From positions 77,438,001-77,502,000 of the forward strand of contig CM052852.1 of NCBI GenBank assembly GCA_028534125.1: a stretch of DNA of 64,000 bases, written 5' to 3'. This DNA is from Lama glama. Taxonomy: Eukaryota. Within the stretch, counting starts at the first letter, position 1. Each line of letters begins with the position of its first letter. Below, piece by piece: positions 24,349-37,442 of this stretch. The notes beneath the pieces were generated by a model, which was not told the DNA's origin, did no database searches, and saw nothing but the letters and a program-made list of their open reading frames with translations. The position numbers and the translations under genes are program-made.

Positions 24349-26119
24349 TCTTCCTGATGGTTTTTCTGCTGGCTGACTTTTAAGGGAGTACTGTGATACT
24401 GTCTCTCTCCTTAAAGGTTTTATTTACATGATATGAGTTGGCTTCATTTATAGCTGGAGTCTGTGGCAGTCTAAATGCATTGGAATATGGAGTATCAGGA
24501 TGCCCCTCAAACTAAAGATATTCCCCATCTCTAACCTGACAGAATTCCTGAAATTTCACCATTAGAGTTATTCTTTCGTGAAAAGGCAATGTGGGTCACA
24601 TGCACTAAAATGCAAATATCCATATAAGGCAAACACCGTATCTCCTTACTCGTATTGTCATAGATTAGTTTGTATAAGTTTTCAGGTGATTTAAAAGAAG
24701 TCCCTTTGTAAATGAGAAATGGGAAAAGAAAACTTGAAGACAGAAGATATAGGTTCTGAGCACAACTACAATGTGCATGTGTGTGGGAGTGGTTGATGCT
24801 GATGCATCTTAGGGGCAACTGTGGGCACTCAGCAACAGGGAAGAGATACCCAAAACATGGAAATAGCACCCAAAGGACAAGTGGGGAGGAATCAAAGATA
24901 TATACTATTTTATCATTTTTTTATGAACCTGTTTTCATTGTATGACTAGGGAGATCAAAAATGACCAAGCAATCCAGTCAATAACATTTTCTTGGTTCAT
25001 TACTATGGTCTGATGAAAGGTAAAGACTGAAAAAGTTTGCTCTTCAGGTCTACAGTGGAATCAATCTGGTCACTTATGTGCAAATCACCTCTTCTTTCCT
25101 AAACCCAGTCTGCAACTTCCAGCAACTCTGACACTACATCCATCTTCTCTCCACTGTCACACATCTCCCCAAGGCTCAGTTGTGTTTGTGAGGCCTGTAA
25201 GTTAACATCTTAGTCTTTGTGCATAACAAACAGAAGACTCCCTATAGTTAACACAGACATAGCCCTATCTTTGGAAAACTCATTCATGATGGAAGGGGCA
25301 CACAGTGAAACTGTCCAATGCTCCTAAAACCATGGAACATAAGGGAAGCAGAAGGAGGTTGTGCCACTGGATATATTTTCTGTTCTCTTAACTAATCATT
25401 GTCCGAACACCAGCATTGTATAAGACCCAGAAAATCTTACCCAGAAGACCTACCATAACTACAAATTAATTGTTCTTTCTGCCTCTTTACTGGCCAGTTT
25501 AAAATGTTTTGCAAGGGGTCAAATGATATTAATTATCTACTACAAAGGGGAGAATGGTCCTAAATGAACCAAAAGGTAGAATGCAGCCTAATATATTACA
25601 CAAAATGAATTCCCAGCAAGCACTAATAGTCTTTCTAACTGCAGCAGCAGAGGCTGTGTAGGTAAATACAGCAATTAGTTTGTGCTCAGTGGGAGGGAGC
25701 CCTGTGTGCAGAGTGGAAAGTATTTGTATCTTTTTCATTCAAAAATGATTGAGAAGAAGATAAAAAATTGGGACAGTGAATGAGGACAGAGTGGTCACAT
25801 TGAGCAATTCTGCAAATGCAGTTCAAAATCATCTTGGAGACCGTAGATAGACTATGACAAAATATTGTAGTAGCACCTGTGGGTAACTATTCACCTCCTG
25901 AAAGGCAAAAATTAATCAGCAAGATCAAGGTCATACATTGACAAAATCCTCTGTGCAAGACTCCCTTAGTTGAATAGAGTATCGGTGCCTGATGGACGAT
26001 TAATTTGAAGACGAGGAAACATCATCATTGTAGGAGCCACCTCCTGTTTCCACCGTGCTTTTGCTGCTAAGAAAAATGTCCTGATATCCGGGAACAGGTC
26101 TGACACTTAGGCTCCAGGG

Positions 26120-26651
26120 TTGCTAGAACCTAGACTGGTGCTCATAGATAGGCCATGTTGTTTTCCTGTTGGGCATAAACAATCTCATGGAATGCCAAAA
26201 ATCAGACGAGGTCACTCTGTGACCACAATAAAGTGAGAAAGGACTATCACTTTCACCTAAAAATAAACAAAAACATAAATATTTCCCAAACTACAAAATA
26301 CCAAATACCCTTCTCTCCTGGCTAATATGAGTGACTGCTACTTCTTTACCAATTACAGCTTTAGCCTCACTCTAGTCTGCCATCTCTGTAGATAAGATTT
26401 ATTGGGATACCCAATGACAGAACTGTCCCCACTTTCTGACAGCACTCAATCCAGAGAGAACCCTTGCTTCCTTGGACCTTCCCCCAAATCACCTAACTAA
26501 AGCCCAAATCCTGTAATAAATCCTTTCTAATGCTCTCTCACTGAGACACCCCACGTTTCCCCATGGTTTGTGTTCTCCCTCACTGCAAGGAGTATTAAAC
26601 CCAACTCATTCAATTACAGGTGTGTTCCTGGTGATCTCTGGCTGAACAGCA
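26120..26651 (+). mobile_element. ERV-class solo LTR (MER90/MER89-like; left boundary uncertain)
   Basis: atcagacgaggtcactctgtgacc...ccccatggtttgtgttctccctcactgcaa...caggtgtgttcctggtg...ca; recalled similarity only. Confidence 0.6.
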
Positions 26652-27339
26652 CAACACTGTCTTTAGAAAGACGTGGGGAGCCTTGGGGGCAAAGGCTGGT
26701 AGAGTGGTTAAAGCAACCAACTCTGATCCCCCTATCTTTTGTTCTCCCTTCATAATTTCCAGATCAGTAAGAATCCACGCAAAATTGAAATGATTACCAA
26801 AACTATAATAAATGCTTTGATTATCTTCCCTTGTAGACTCCCAGCAGATAAGACCTTTTGGCAAACTTTCCACTCATTAGTTTCCAGACTGTAAAGTCAG
26901 TGTCCCCTTTCCAGGGAACTTTGGCTACTTCAGCTGTTCTACTTGTGTCATTATACACAGCAAGCCTATCCCAGTAACAGTGGTTTTAAATTTATGGTTT
27001 ATCTTCTGTTAAGATAGGCCAAAGAAACTTTCCTCAGGTTATTTTCTCTAAATCATCCCATTTTTATGGAGCTCCCACTATTCACAAAGCACAATTTTAG
27101 GTTCTGAAAACACAATGATAAATAAGACAGAGACTTTGTCTTCATGGAGCTTATATTCTAGTGGGAGAGACAGAAAATCAGCAAGTAAACAAACAATTCA
27201 AGTACCACATCCCCATTTTTCTTGACACCCCAGCTCAATTCACCTCTCCTTCCTCGCAACTTCTGTATTAATGACTATGTCACAAAGTTTTGTGCTTGAT
27301 TATTCATTGGCTTCAAACTGTAGAAGGAACAAGATATGT

Positions 27340-27665
27340 TTTTTGAGAAATAAGAAGAGAAGATTCCATGATGCATAGCTGCTAATTTTCAGTATCATGT
27401 GGAAGAAAGGAAGTATGCCTGTGACGAGTGATCTCAAGGAAAGGAACTTGGTGGCTACTATCGGAAAGCAGATTTGAACCCTACATAAGCAACTACCTTC
27501 TAAAAGTCAGCTGTCTGAATACCAAGTAGATGACCTGCAGAATTCATGGGATTCCCTATTACTATAAGTATTCAGATACCAAGCAACCTCTTGACTGATA
27601 TGGTTTAAGAATATTCATGCATCAGAATGTAGGTTGAATTAAATGTCCCTTACAGTTCTAGTAAT
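27340..27665 (+). mobile_element. CR1/L3 3' end
   Basis: gaaagcagatttgaaccctacataagcaactaccttctaa...tcatgcatcagaatgtaggttgaattaaatgtccctt. Confidence 0.65.
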
Positions 27666-30406
27666 CAATGATCTGTGCATTGTTCTCTACTTTATCTATG
27701 TACATGAGGCAGCCACCCCACATTACACTGAAGCTAATTGTGAGCAAGAATCTTACCTTTCTTATTATTTTATTCCTCAGATCCCTACTGTGTATAATAC
27801 AGTTCTAGCCCTACAATGAGAGCATAGAAATTACTTCCTCACTTTAATATTCCCACCAGAAGAAGGCCACTGCTAACTGGGTCACTACTCTCTGGGATTT
27901 ATAGCAGTAGTGAGCAAGATCTGAGTTGAAAACATAGTGCTGAAGACATTATGCCACACTCGTTTGTATTTTTTTTTAAGATTATACTTTAAGGATCCAG
28001 TGTTCCAAGATAATAGGCCATATGTTTTCAATGGACTGTGTTTTCACAGACTCATTGCCACATTCACACAAGTTGCCAAGCTCTCAAAGTATCCCTATCT
28101 TGCCTACCAGCCATAACCCTGAACCTGACAGTGGACGGCCTTATTGTTCTTTTCTAAACCTCATTTCTCACTATCCTATATTCATATTTTGTCATATCTC
28201 CTCCTTACTCCACCAGAATAAATAAAGAGGCAGGCATGGTAGTTAGATTCATATTTACCCAAAGTGGCAGGGGACTACAGAGGCACTAGGCTAGGTCCCC
28301 CTCTGGGCTGAGCAAGCAGGCGAATGTCTATCTACCCAGCTGATTGATGTAGTGCCCATTAATTAGCATCTTAAGGCTAACACCCGGGAAAAACCATGGC
28401 CCATGAACAAAGCTTGTGATTCATGATTCCCTCCTTTTAACTTTATTGCTATTACCTCACAAGAGACCAATGTAGTAAGCTCGTTAAGCACTGAAAAGCC
28501 ATTTGAGGAGGTAGATTGAAGAGTCAGTTACAAAGGGAGACCTAAAACTTGCTTGAGAAACAAATTATGATTAACTGAATGCGAACCTGAAGCCAAACAC
28601 AACAGTGAGGACACAATTAAATGCAGCTGTGTTCTCTACCTTCCGCCTCAAAGCACCAGCTACAATCGCTCTCTTTCTCTCTTATTTATTGACCTGTAAT
28701 AAAATCTTGTTGGATGGGCATAATGGGAATTTGCAGAGTTGAGGGACTGTATGGTGTCTGGGTATACAGATGGTAATCATCTTTATTTATCTATGACCCT
28801 GAAGTCACACCTACCCCAAGATAACTACCAAAGAGACTATTAGCTTCTGTTCTGCCTTGAAATCTCAATAGCAGTAGAGAGCGCCTTCCGACACTTGATC
28901 AGTCCTCAGAATGATCCTCTAGCACGGAGTTTTATCTGGCCTCATATTTTATCAGGGTTGATATTGTCTGGGAATTCAATCCTTGAGTTGAACGAGCCAA
29001 GGCGAGGTTTTTCCTGTCTCCAGTTTGGCTTGTTAAGAATGACTTTAGCAATTTAATTGAAGTTGGGTAGCTTGGGATATTTTATTAAGCATTATTTTTT
29101 TGAATACCGAAGGCTATGTCTACATGTACAAATGAGGCCAACCAAATTCAGAACAATGACTGGTTGACTTCAGCTAACTGAAGGCAGTGAGTGGAAAGGA
29201 GTAAAGGTAATTTTAATAAATGTCAAATATCCAATTTGACTGAATTGTTGAACCCACTGAATGCTTGATTCAAGTGACTTATAGGCAAAGCTGATATCTG
29301 CATTATTACTTTTTAAGAAAAAAATGCAGAAAGAATAAATTGAGGCGATCTTAATATAGCATCAACCACAACAGTGGGCATACTAAAGGCATTCACTAAA
29401 TTATTGTTGACTGCTTAATCTGCCAGACTATCTCTGCAAAACAATAGCCTAACCTTTCACAGCCCCTCTAACCCCCACCCCAACAGCTTTTGGGGAGTAG
29501 CAGGCATAGTCGTATTTCTAGGGACAGAGCCAAAGTAAGATGGTCCTTGGCAGGGGGAGTATTTGTTTTTCTAGAAGCATTTCATTATCTCCACCTGAGT
29601 TTAGCATTTCATGATGTTTGTACTTTTTTTGTAAGCCTATCTATTAAACTTCATGAAGAAGCAAAAAAAGATTAAGGATTTTCTTTAGAGAAAAAAACCT
29701 ACAGAAAAAAATAACAATATTTCAACTTCAGCAGTGTCATAATTTACCAGGTCTTTAATAATGTAACTTTCACAGAATGAAGAAAGGTCAGACTCCTATC
29801 CCTAAATCACCCTCATGATAATGGCAGTTTTCGTTCTTCACCACTATTGTAAGAGCCATCCTAGCCATTCAGAGGTCAATGTTTGCATTATTTAGCACTT
29901 GGGTATGATTTAGATGTCTTTTTTCCTAAATCTAGTGCTTTCTTCCAGCTATTTCCCCAAACTTTAGATAACATGATTTGGAAGAAAAGAAACTTGGAGT
30001 GCATTTCCCTCAGCTGCTTTCATTGCATCTTATATGAAAATAAGGTGAAACTAGTATTCTGCCTCTGCTCACAGGAGCCATGGTGAATGAATCTCAGATC
30101 CACTAAAAACAGAAATTGGAAAAAAAATCCCACCACACTGACTTCTGCATTCAGAACATATTTAAACAAAAGTAAAAAAAAATGAGATTCAGAAGTATGT
30201 GAAAATTGTTTAAAAGCATTTAGAAACAACAGTGTCATCCAATAGCAGTGAACCTACACCTACTTTGGGTTAAGTAAATAAACCATATTTAGGATGTCAC
30301 ATATGTATACTATCCACTCCAAGGAAGGAATCTCTCTAAGCTGTTCATGTTTATCACATCTCAAGACTAGCCTCAATGAAGAAGCTGAATGAATGACTTC
30401 ACATGT

Positions 30407-30590
30407 CAGTAGTTCTCAAACTTGTGGATAAATATTACCTGGTAGGTATGTTAAAATGTAGATTCTCAGGTCTTGCCCTCAAATATTCTGAATCAGCTAA
30501 TTTGGTAGAGTCTGTTAATTCACATTTTAAATATGGTTCTTCAAGTGAGTTCAATGTAATTTGTCAGTAGGCCACCCTTTGAGAAACAGT
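30407..30590. mobile_element. MER5A-like hAT-Charlie MITE
   Basis: cagtagttctcaaactt...gttaaaatgtagattctcagg...ccctttgagaaacagt. Confidence 0.8.
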
Positions 30591-31974
30591 AAACATAGTG
30601 TGTGTAATTATTCTTAAAAGGTCACTGAATTATCACTGATGCCAGAAATTTTGTCATTTGAAAGTTAAAATGTCAGATCAGATTGTCTTGGAGTAATACA
30701 GCAGACATCATGGCAAAGTGTGTAAGATTCTTTCCATTTGACAGAAGATTTGGGGGAAGGAGCATTGGATGCCTGGAAGGCAAACTTTATAAATCCCCTA
30801 ATTTGTTGCTTAGATCCTGTCCTATTCTTTCCAATGGACTATATGATCCCCAAAGACATGGGGTCACGTCTAAGAACATTTTTTCAAAGGCGATCTTTCA
30901 TTGTGTGTTCACTAGACAGAATGATAACATGTCAGAATTACAGAGGTTCTCAGGGGCGGTGGAGTCCAACCTAATTCTTTGATCTCTACCCCTACTCTCC
31001 ACTGGGCTGCTCTTTGGATGACTTTCCCCTCTGTCCAAGAATTCGGTCCCTTTTTTCTCACTTCAATAATTTCACTCCTTGATCACTGCCTTTGATAACC
31101 TCCTTGGCCCTAGCTACTCTCTAGCCCTGGCTTACAGTAGCATGATTTATCTTCTGTTTGAGAACTTGCTTGATTACTGACCATCTAATTTACCAGTCAC
31201 TGAACTTAGCCTACTCTGCCTAATCCTCTAGTTGCTCTGGTATGACACAATACCAGGTTTTTTCTTGAACACCTTGTAGAAACTCCATAGGGTTTAATTT
31301 CCCTCTATGGGTAAATGAGAGAGAGTAAAAGGCCTCAATCCCAATGGAAAATAGGGTGCCAGGAGCTAGGAAGGCTATTTGGTTGTCCCTGATTTCTTGA
31401 TCCTATCTATGGCTCCTGACAGATGGTTTCCTGGCATCCCATTGGTCAGACCCTTGGGCTGCTGCCTGCAACATTTTGGTCCATGGTTATAAAATCACTG
31501 CTGCTTAAGATTCCTACCTTTTCTACAAAGGCCAATAAATTTTGAAGCTCCACATTTTCCTTGGATTCTATTTGAATGTTCCTACTCCTTGAAATACTTT
31601 CTTCCCTTGGATTCTCTGCGTTTTTGGAAAATGGAGTTTCTCTGATTAAAGCAGGGGTAGGAGTGAGGGTCCCTGAACCATGCACCCCAAGCCTCCCACT
31701 TGCCTTCCCTTACTCATAATGGACTTCTAGTAAAGCAATATAATCACCAAGGCCTCGAGAAGTCTGGAAAGCACAAGCTATGAGAAAACATGATCTAAGA
31801 ACAATTCTAGGTGATACGTATATAGTATTTGCATTTTAGATCACTCAGAGGTAAATTTTGTCACAACAATCAGATGATTATCACTAACCAAAGACTTAGA
31901 TGTGTTTTATACACACACACCCACAAAATCTGTGCATCAAGTTAGGAAGCTTCAATTTCCATTAGGAGAAGTGA

Positions 31975-32220
31975 ATAATAATAACAAAGCAGCAACTAAC
32001 ATTTATAGGGCAAAGACTATGTGTCAGGTACCATATTGAGTGCTTTACCTTCGATGCATCATTTATTGTTCACAGCAACCATGCAACAAAACTATGACTA
32101 CTCCCATTTTACAGATGATGAAACTGGGCTTGGAGAGGTTAAGCAGTTTGCCCATCTACATGACAGATTTTCACACAGGCTCACTGACCCTAAAGCCTTT
32201 TCTCTTTTCAACACACCACG
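31975..32220 (-). mobile_element. MIR SINE
   Basis: cccattttacagatgatgaaactgggcttggagaggttaagcagtttgccc. Confidence 0.85.
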
Positions 32221-32879
32221 CAGCACTGAAATCCTGGCTCAGGGGAATGTCTGAAAGCATTTCAAGCATTTCCTTGAAATTTTGTATTTATCACCAGTAG
32301 AGACAATACAGCAGTAAAGCAAAAAGATTTGAAAATAAAAGCTGAGCCAAGTAGCATTGAGAAACACACTCATAACAAGTAGGGTGTTTCAAAGCAAAGG
32401 AGTCCAACGTGCCACAAATCTTCTCAATATTGAACCACTCAAATGCTCTCTCTAATCAGCAGCAGTGCAGACATTTTGGGTTTCACTTTTGATATGAATG
32501 TGAAAACTCTGGGTCTAGTATCTCAACACAGCTGTTCCAAGGCCCCTAGGGAAGGGCACTGAGAAAGAAGGCAGTGTGGGCATAGTGGAGATTTTGCCAG
32601 ATGGTTCCTCTCCACATTAGACTCTCCTCAGCATATTTTATTTATTTAACTCTATCCTGTCCGGTCCCTCACAGAAAATGGTTTTCCTCTAAAGGAAGAT
32701 TTTCCTCAGATCCTCGTGGGACTTGACATTTTAACAGGCACCATGGTGTGTTGTAATTTCATAAATAATAGGCCAGCATTTTTATACCCCCGGTCATTTA
32801 ACAGCTTTCCCAGCAGGATATTTTCTTTCCTGCAGCCGATCCCGTATTTATTCACATAAGTTCTCAACCTGAGATAGGC

Positions 32880-33070
32880 ATCTCTCTCTCTCTCACTCTC
32901 ATTCTCTGGCTCTCTCTGGCTCTCTCTGTCTTCCTCTCTACCTCCCTCCTACCTCCTTTCTACTTGTTCTCTCTGTTCCTAGGTCTTGGGGAATCTTCTG
33001 GTTTCTAACCTTCCAATGACCCGCCTTTCTCTCCTTCCCAGCAGGTCTGTCCTTCTCTCTGTTCACCTGG
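32880..33070. repeat. CT-rich low-complexity tract
   Basis: Seen directly. Confidence 0.8.
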
Positions 33071-33227
33071 TCTGGAAGGTTCCACTTACTTTAACCTTCC
33101 CTCACCACAGAAAGCTATGATTTAGTTGCCTGTATGAGTGATTCCTAGCCATGTCCACACTTTCCCTCAATATTTAAATGAGTTTCCATGTCAGAGTGTT
33201 CCCACTATTCCTTCCCCCAGCTCCATT

Positions 33228-33356
33228 TTTTTTTTGTAGTGGGGAAGTAATTATGCTTATTTATTTAGTTAGTTTTTTGATGGAGGTACTGGGGATTGAA
33301 TCTAGGACCTTGTGCGTGCTAAGCACACGCTCTACCGCTTGAGCTAACCCTCTCCC
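33228..33356 (-). mobile_element. tRNA-derived camelid SINE (Vic-1 type)
   Basis: Minus strand reads GGGAGAGGGTTAGCTCAAGCGGTAGAGCG...GATTCAATCCCCAGTACCTCC (Pol III A and B boxes), then an AT-rich tail and poly(A); flanks cccagctccatt (33216-33227) and cccacctccatt (33354-33365). Confidence 0.9.
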
Positions 33357-34624
33357 ACCTCCATTCTTAAACATAAGTTTCCGAGCCCTCGCTGGAGTGG
33401 TTGGATGCCCTTGTGCTAATACTGTACTCTTGTGATTTTTCAAACTACCTGAAGTTTTGGGGGTTCTCCCAAGTTACTTCAAGGCCACTATGGAGTAAGG
33501 GGGAGATTCAGAGTACATGGTTCAGGAACTCTCACCAACAAGAGCTTTAAGAAGAGTAGCTCCATCTTTTTTTTAACTGAGTTTCATAGAAGATTTCATT
33601 TGAAAACAAAGAATCTACTAAAAATATTTGAAATCTCTATATAACTACCCTTTACCATTAGCCTAGACTTAGTAACTCTTCTATTAATTTATGACTCAAT
33701 TAATCTACAATGCTGGTGCTGAGACATAACATGCTACACATTACTTTGTAAACAAAGTTAGGACATCAGTTCAAAACAGATGGTTTTGCACTTCATGCAT
33801 TTGATACTGTTGAATTTTGTTTCATTTCTAAAAAAGAAACATGGGTATAGGTTTGAGAATTCCAATACATGTTGCACCATTAGAAAAAGGGTAAGCTTCA
33901 GGTACTTCTATAAGAAATAAAATGAATGCAATAATAACATTAAAGATTTATTTCTGTAACCAGCTAAGGCACTGAAGTTTGAAATACTGCAGAAAGGAAC
34001 TGTAAGTGGCAATAGCATCCTTGCCACACCATAATTTAAATCTCCTTTAACAGGCACAGTTCTTCCTTGAAACCTAGGGAAAAGGAAGATGCTGAAATAG
34101 ATGCCAATGGAGTCACTAATTTGTTTCATACTAAAGCAAAGTCAGGAGGGAAATGGCTTCTGGGAAGAAAATACATGTGGCATTTGGCTGTATGAGACTC
34201 AGATAACTAGATCTGACTCCTTAAATACAATATTTTCCTATGAATACTCAAGAGGAACTTTAGACCTGAGTATCTAAGGTGGATGCCACCCTGAGGGGAG
34301 AGGGTTCCACTGAATATACAGATACGGTATTGTGACAGGTGTTAGTGATTTTGATTCTCCTCTAGGAGAAACCAGTGGAACTGTAGGAATTCATCTAAGT
34401 GCAAAAAGCACAATTTCTCTCAGTCTCATTCACAGCAAATATTTTACTTAACGTCACTTCAGAGATAACAATTTTATCTATGCTTCATACATAATAGTTA
34501 TTTGCCTGCACCTTCCCAAGGCCCTCTGAGTTTGTTTTCATAGCCCTGCGGAGGATGACCCTTCTTCCAAGCACCATCATTGCTTGTACCTAAGATGAAA
34601 AATCGACCAAAAACTGTGTTCAAC

Positions 34625-34780
34625 ATCTAGCTCTGCCTTCTTACTGTATGACTTTGAACAAGCTGAACTTCATTTACCTCATCTATAAAATGATAATAAT
34701 ATATATATCACATCATTATAGTGGAATTTAAATGAGAAAATGTGGGTAAAATGCTATACAAATATCAGTTATCATTAATT
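34625..34780 (+). mobile_element. MIR SINE
   Basis: agctctgccttcttactgtatgactttgaacaag...cctcatctataaaatg...ttaaatgaga. Confidence 0.75.
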
Positions 34781-35289
34781 TTATTGCTTTTCTCTAGAGA
34801 GAAAAAAATTATTTCATTTCACCAATGTTAGGAAACTGACTTGACTGATATTTTTCGTTAAATGGATTATTTATGTTTCTGGTTTTTGTTAAACTGAACT
34901 GGATGGGATACATGTAGAAATAAGAAATATTTTAAATGGTTCCAGCTATATGCCTCTCAAATTCAAATGCCTCCAGGACCCTGGTAGAGGACACTGATGT
35001 GTGAATTGGGTCAACAAGAATACAATAATGCAATATGGAGTGGCGGGCCCTCTGCCAAACCACAGAGTATATTCAAATTCAGGATATACATGTATGAGTA
35101 TACACACACATTCTCTCTCCTTCTCTCTTCTCTCCCATATCAGGGTTAGAGCTATCTGATTTTCAAGCTCTGCTAAGGAGTCTGAGCAGAAATCAGCTTA
35201 ACTGTATTACTTTTTCACTTTTATCTTTATATCCCTCAAGGCACACTCCTGCCTGAAGCCATAAGAATTAAGTGGTACAACAACTACAT

Positions 35290-36962
35290 GCTATTATCTC
35301 AGGGAGTTCCTTCTAGTTTTACTTCTACCTCATTGGCTGCTTCTTCTCAGTCTCTTTTGCATGCCCCTCCTCCTCTTGCCAACTTCCAAATGAGGTGCAC
35401 CACCATTCAGTTCTAAGACCTCTGTCATTTTACACATTCTCTCTGTAGGGGATATCATCCAGTTTCCTGGCATTAAATGCTATCTTTATGCTGATGTGGC
35501 CCCAATTTATATATCCAGCCTGGACTTATCCCTGAACAACAGACTTATGTATTTAACTTCCTATATGACATTGTCTAATTAGCATCTCAAAGTTACTGTG
35601 TCCAAAACCAAAATCTTGATTTTTCTCTCTAAACCTGCTTCTCCTACAGCATGCCTCATCTCAATTAATGCTTATTTTATTCACCCAGATCCTCAGATTA
35701 AAACCCTTACAGTCATCCTTGACTATTCTCTTTCACACCCCATATTCAGAAAATATCCAGAATATCCAACCTCCACTGCTGCTACCCAGGTCCAAGTCAC
35801 CATCGTATCTTCCCTGGGTTATTGCAGCCATCTTCTAACTGCTCTTCCTGCTTCAGCCCTTGCTCTCATATAGTCCATTCTCCCAAACCCACCTAGGGTG
35901 ATGCTTTTAAATTTAGATCCATACAAGGGCTGATAAGACCGCACATACCTGATCCTTCTTCAACCTCTCTGACTACTTTTCCTATAACTATAGCCCCTGA
36001 TCATTCTGCTTCAGCCACAATGACCTCTGCAGTAAGTAATCTTTTTTTTAATGGCCCTTGATGATCCTTCGTTCCTGCTATTCACACCCTTGTATAATCT
36101 ACCCTTGAGTGGAGACTGGACTTTGTGACTTGCTTCTAGAAACAGAGTATAACAAAAGTGATGGGATGTCACCTCAGAGACCGAGTTACAACAAGAATCT
36201 GGATCACATCTTCACTTTCTCTTGCTCTCTCACTTGCTTAATTGGAGGGAAGCCAGCTGCCACATGGTGAGCTTCTCTATGGAGAGAGCCCTGTGTGAAG
36301 TGACTGACCAACAGTCAGCAGAGAACTGAGTGAGATCTTCAACACCCTGCAAGAACTGAATCCTGCCAGCAGCCATGTGAGTAAGCTACGAAGTCAAGCC
36401 TTGAGAGAAATATATCCTAGCTAACATCTTGATTGAAGCCTTGCAAGACAGAAGTACATACTGAGACTTTTTTTACCTACAGATTCTGTGATGTCATAAA
36501 TAATTTTTGTCTTAAGCCACTAGGTTTTGGAGTAACATATTACACAACAATACATAACTAATACAGCCTCACTGAACATACCAGGGACACTCCTACCTTA
36601 GGGCTTTTGTATAACTCTTCTCTCTGCCTCGGACACCCTTTCTCCACAGTTGCATGGTTCTCTCCCTCCAGCTTTGCTCAAATGTCACCTTCACAGAGTA
36701 GCCTTCCCTAACCACCATTTATAAAAAAAACAGCAAACACCACCCAGTGCTTCTGATACCCCCATACCTGTTTTTATTTTTCTATCACTTCCCCCCCATA
36801 AAAAATTATATATTTATTAATTGTCTGTCATCCTCCATTAGAATACAAGTTCTATAGAGAGCTATGATATTATCCGTTTTGCTCATGCTATATCCTTATT
36901 ACCTAGAACTATCCCTTACACATGGAAGACACTCTATAAATATTTGTTGATTGAATGAATGA
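35290..36962 (+). mobile_element. L2 LINE 3' portion interrupted by an MLT1 LTR
   Basis: CT-rich L2 ORF2 remnant (ctttatgctgatgtggccccaatttatatatccagcc, the YADD region) ending aaatatttgttgattgaatgaatga. Confidence 0.9.
36028..36565 (+). mobile_element. MaLR solo LTR (MLT1E/F-like)
   Basis: TG...CA ends, terminal ttaagccactaggttttggagtaa...aactaataca, 5-bp TSD acctc/gcctc. Confidence 0.85.
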
Positions 36963-37442
36963 GTTGCTAGCTGTACAATGCAGAGCCACAGGAGATTTAA
37001 AAAATAGTGTTTGGGGTGAGGCTTGAATCAAGAACCAAACAGATAGGTCAACTGAAGCATAAGTATCGGAGGCATGGGAAGAGGACTGCAAAGATGCAAA
37101 AGTCCAGAAACACCAGGAAAACACAATAGAATTCTATTAGGAGAGTAGAAGGTAGAACCTGAAGCAGTATCTTGGAACTGGGGTGGTAAATGTGAAAGTA
37201 GTTAGAAATGGTCGTACTAGGACAAATTCTGAACCAAAAGCAGACAGAATTTGGTGATGAATTAAATGTTGCAGTGTGAGGGAAAGAGAAGACTTATGTA
37301 TGACTCTAAGCCTTTTGACTTGAACAACTAATAAACAGTTGTGTTGCCTTTTACAGAGTTAGGTAACATTGTGGAAGGAGAAGTTTTGTGAGCTGTGAGG
37401 CATTAGAAAATCAATTCCTGTTTGGATATGTTAAGTTTGAGG

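Noticed and set aside
24388-24402. Partial resemblance to mature miR-101 (agtactgtgata)
   Set aside because: Only a 12-nt match with no complementary arm or pre-miRNA hairpin.
33280-33356. tRNA-Ala-like gene on the minus strand
   Set aside because: It is the head of a SINE: it continues into an AT-rich tail and poly(A) and is flanked by a near-TSD.
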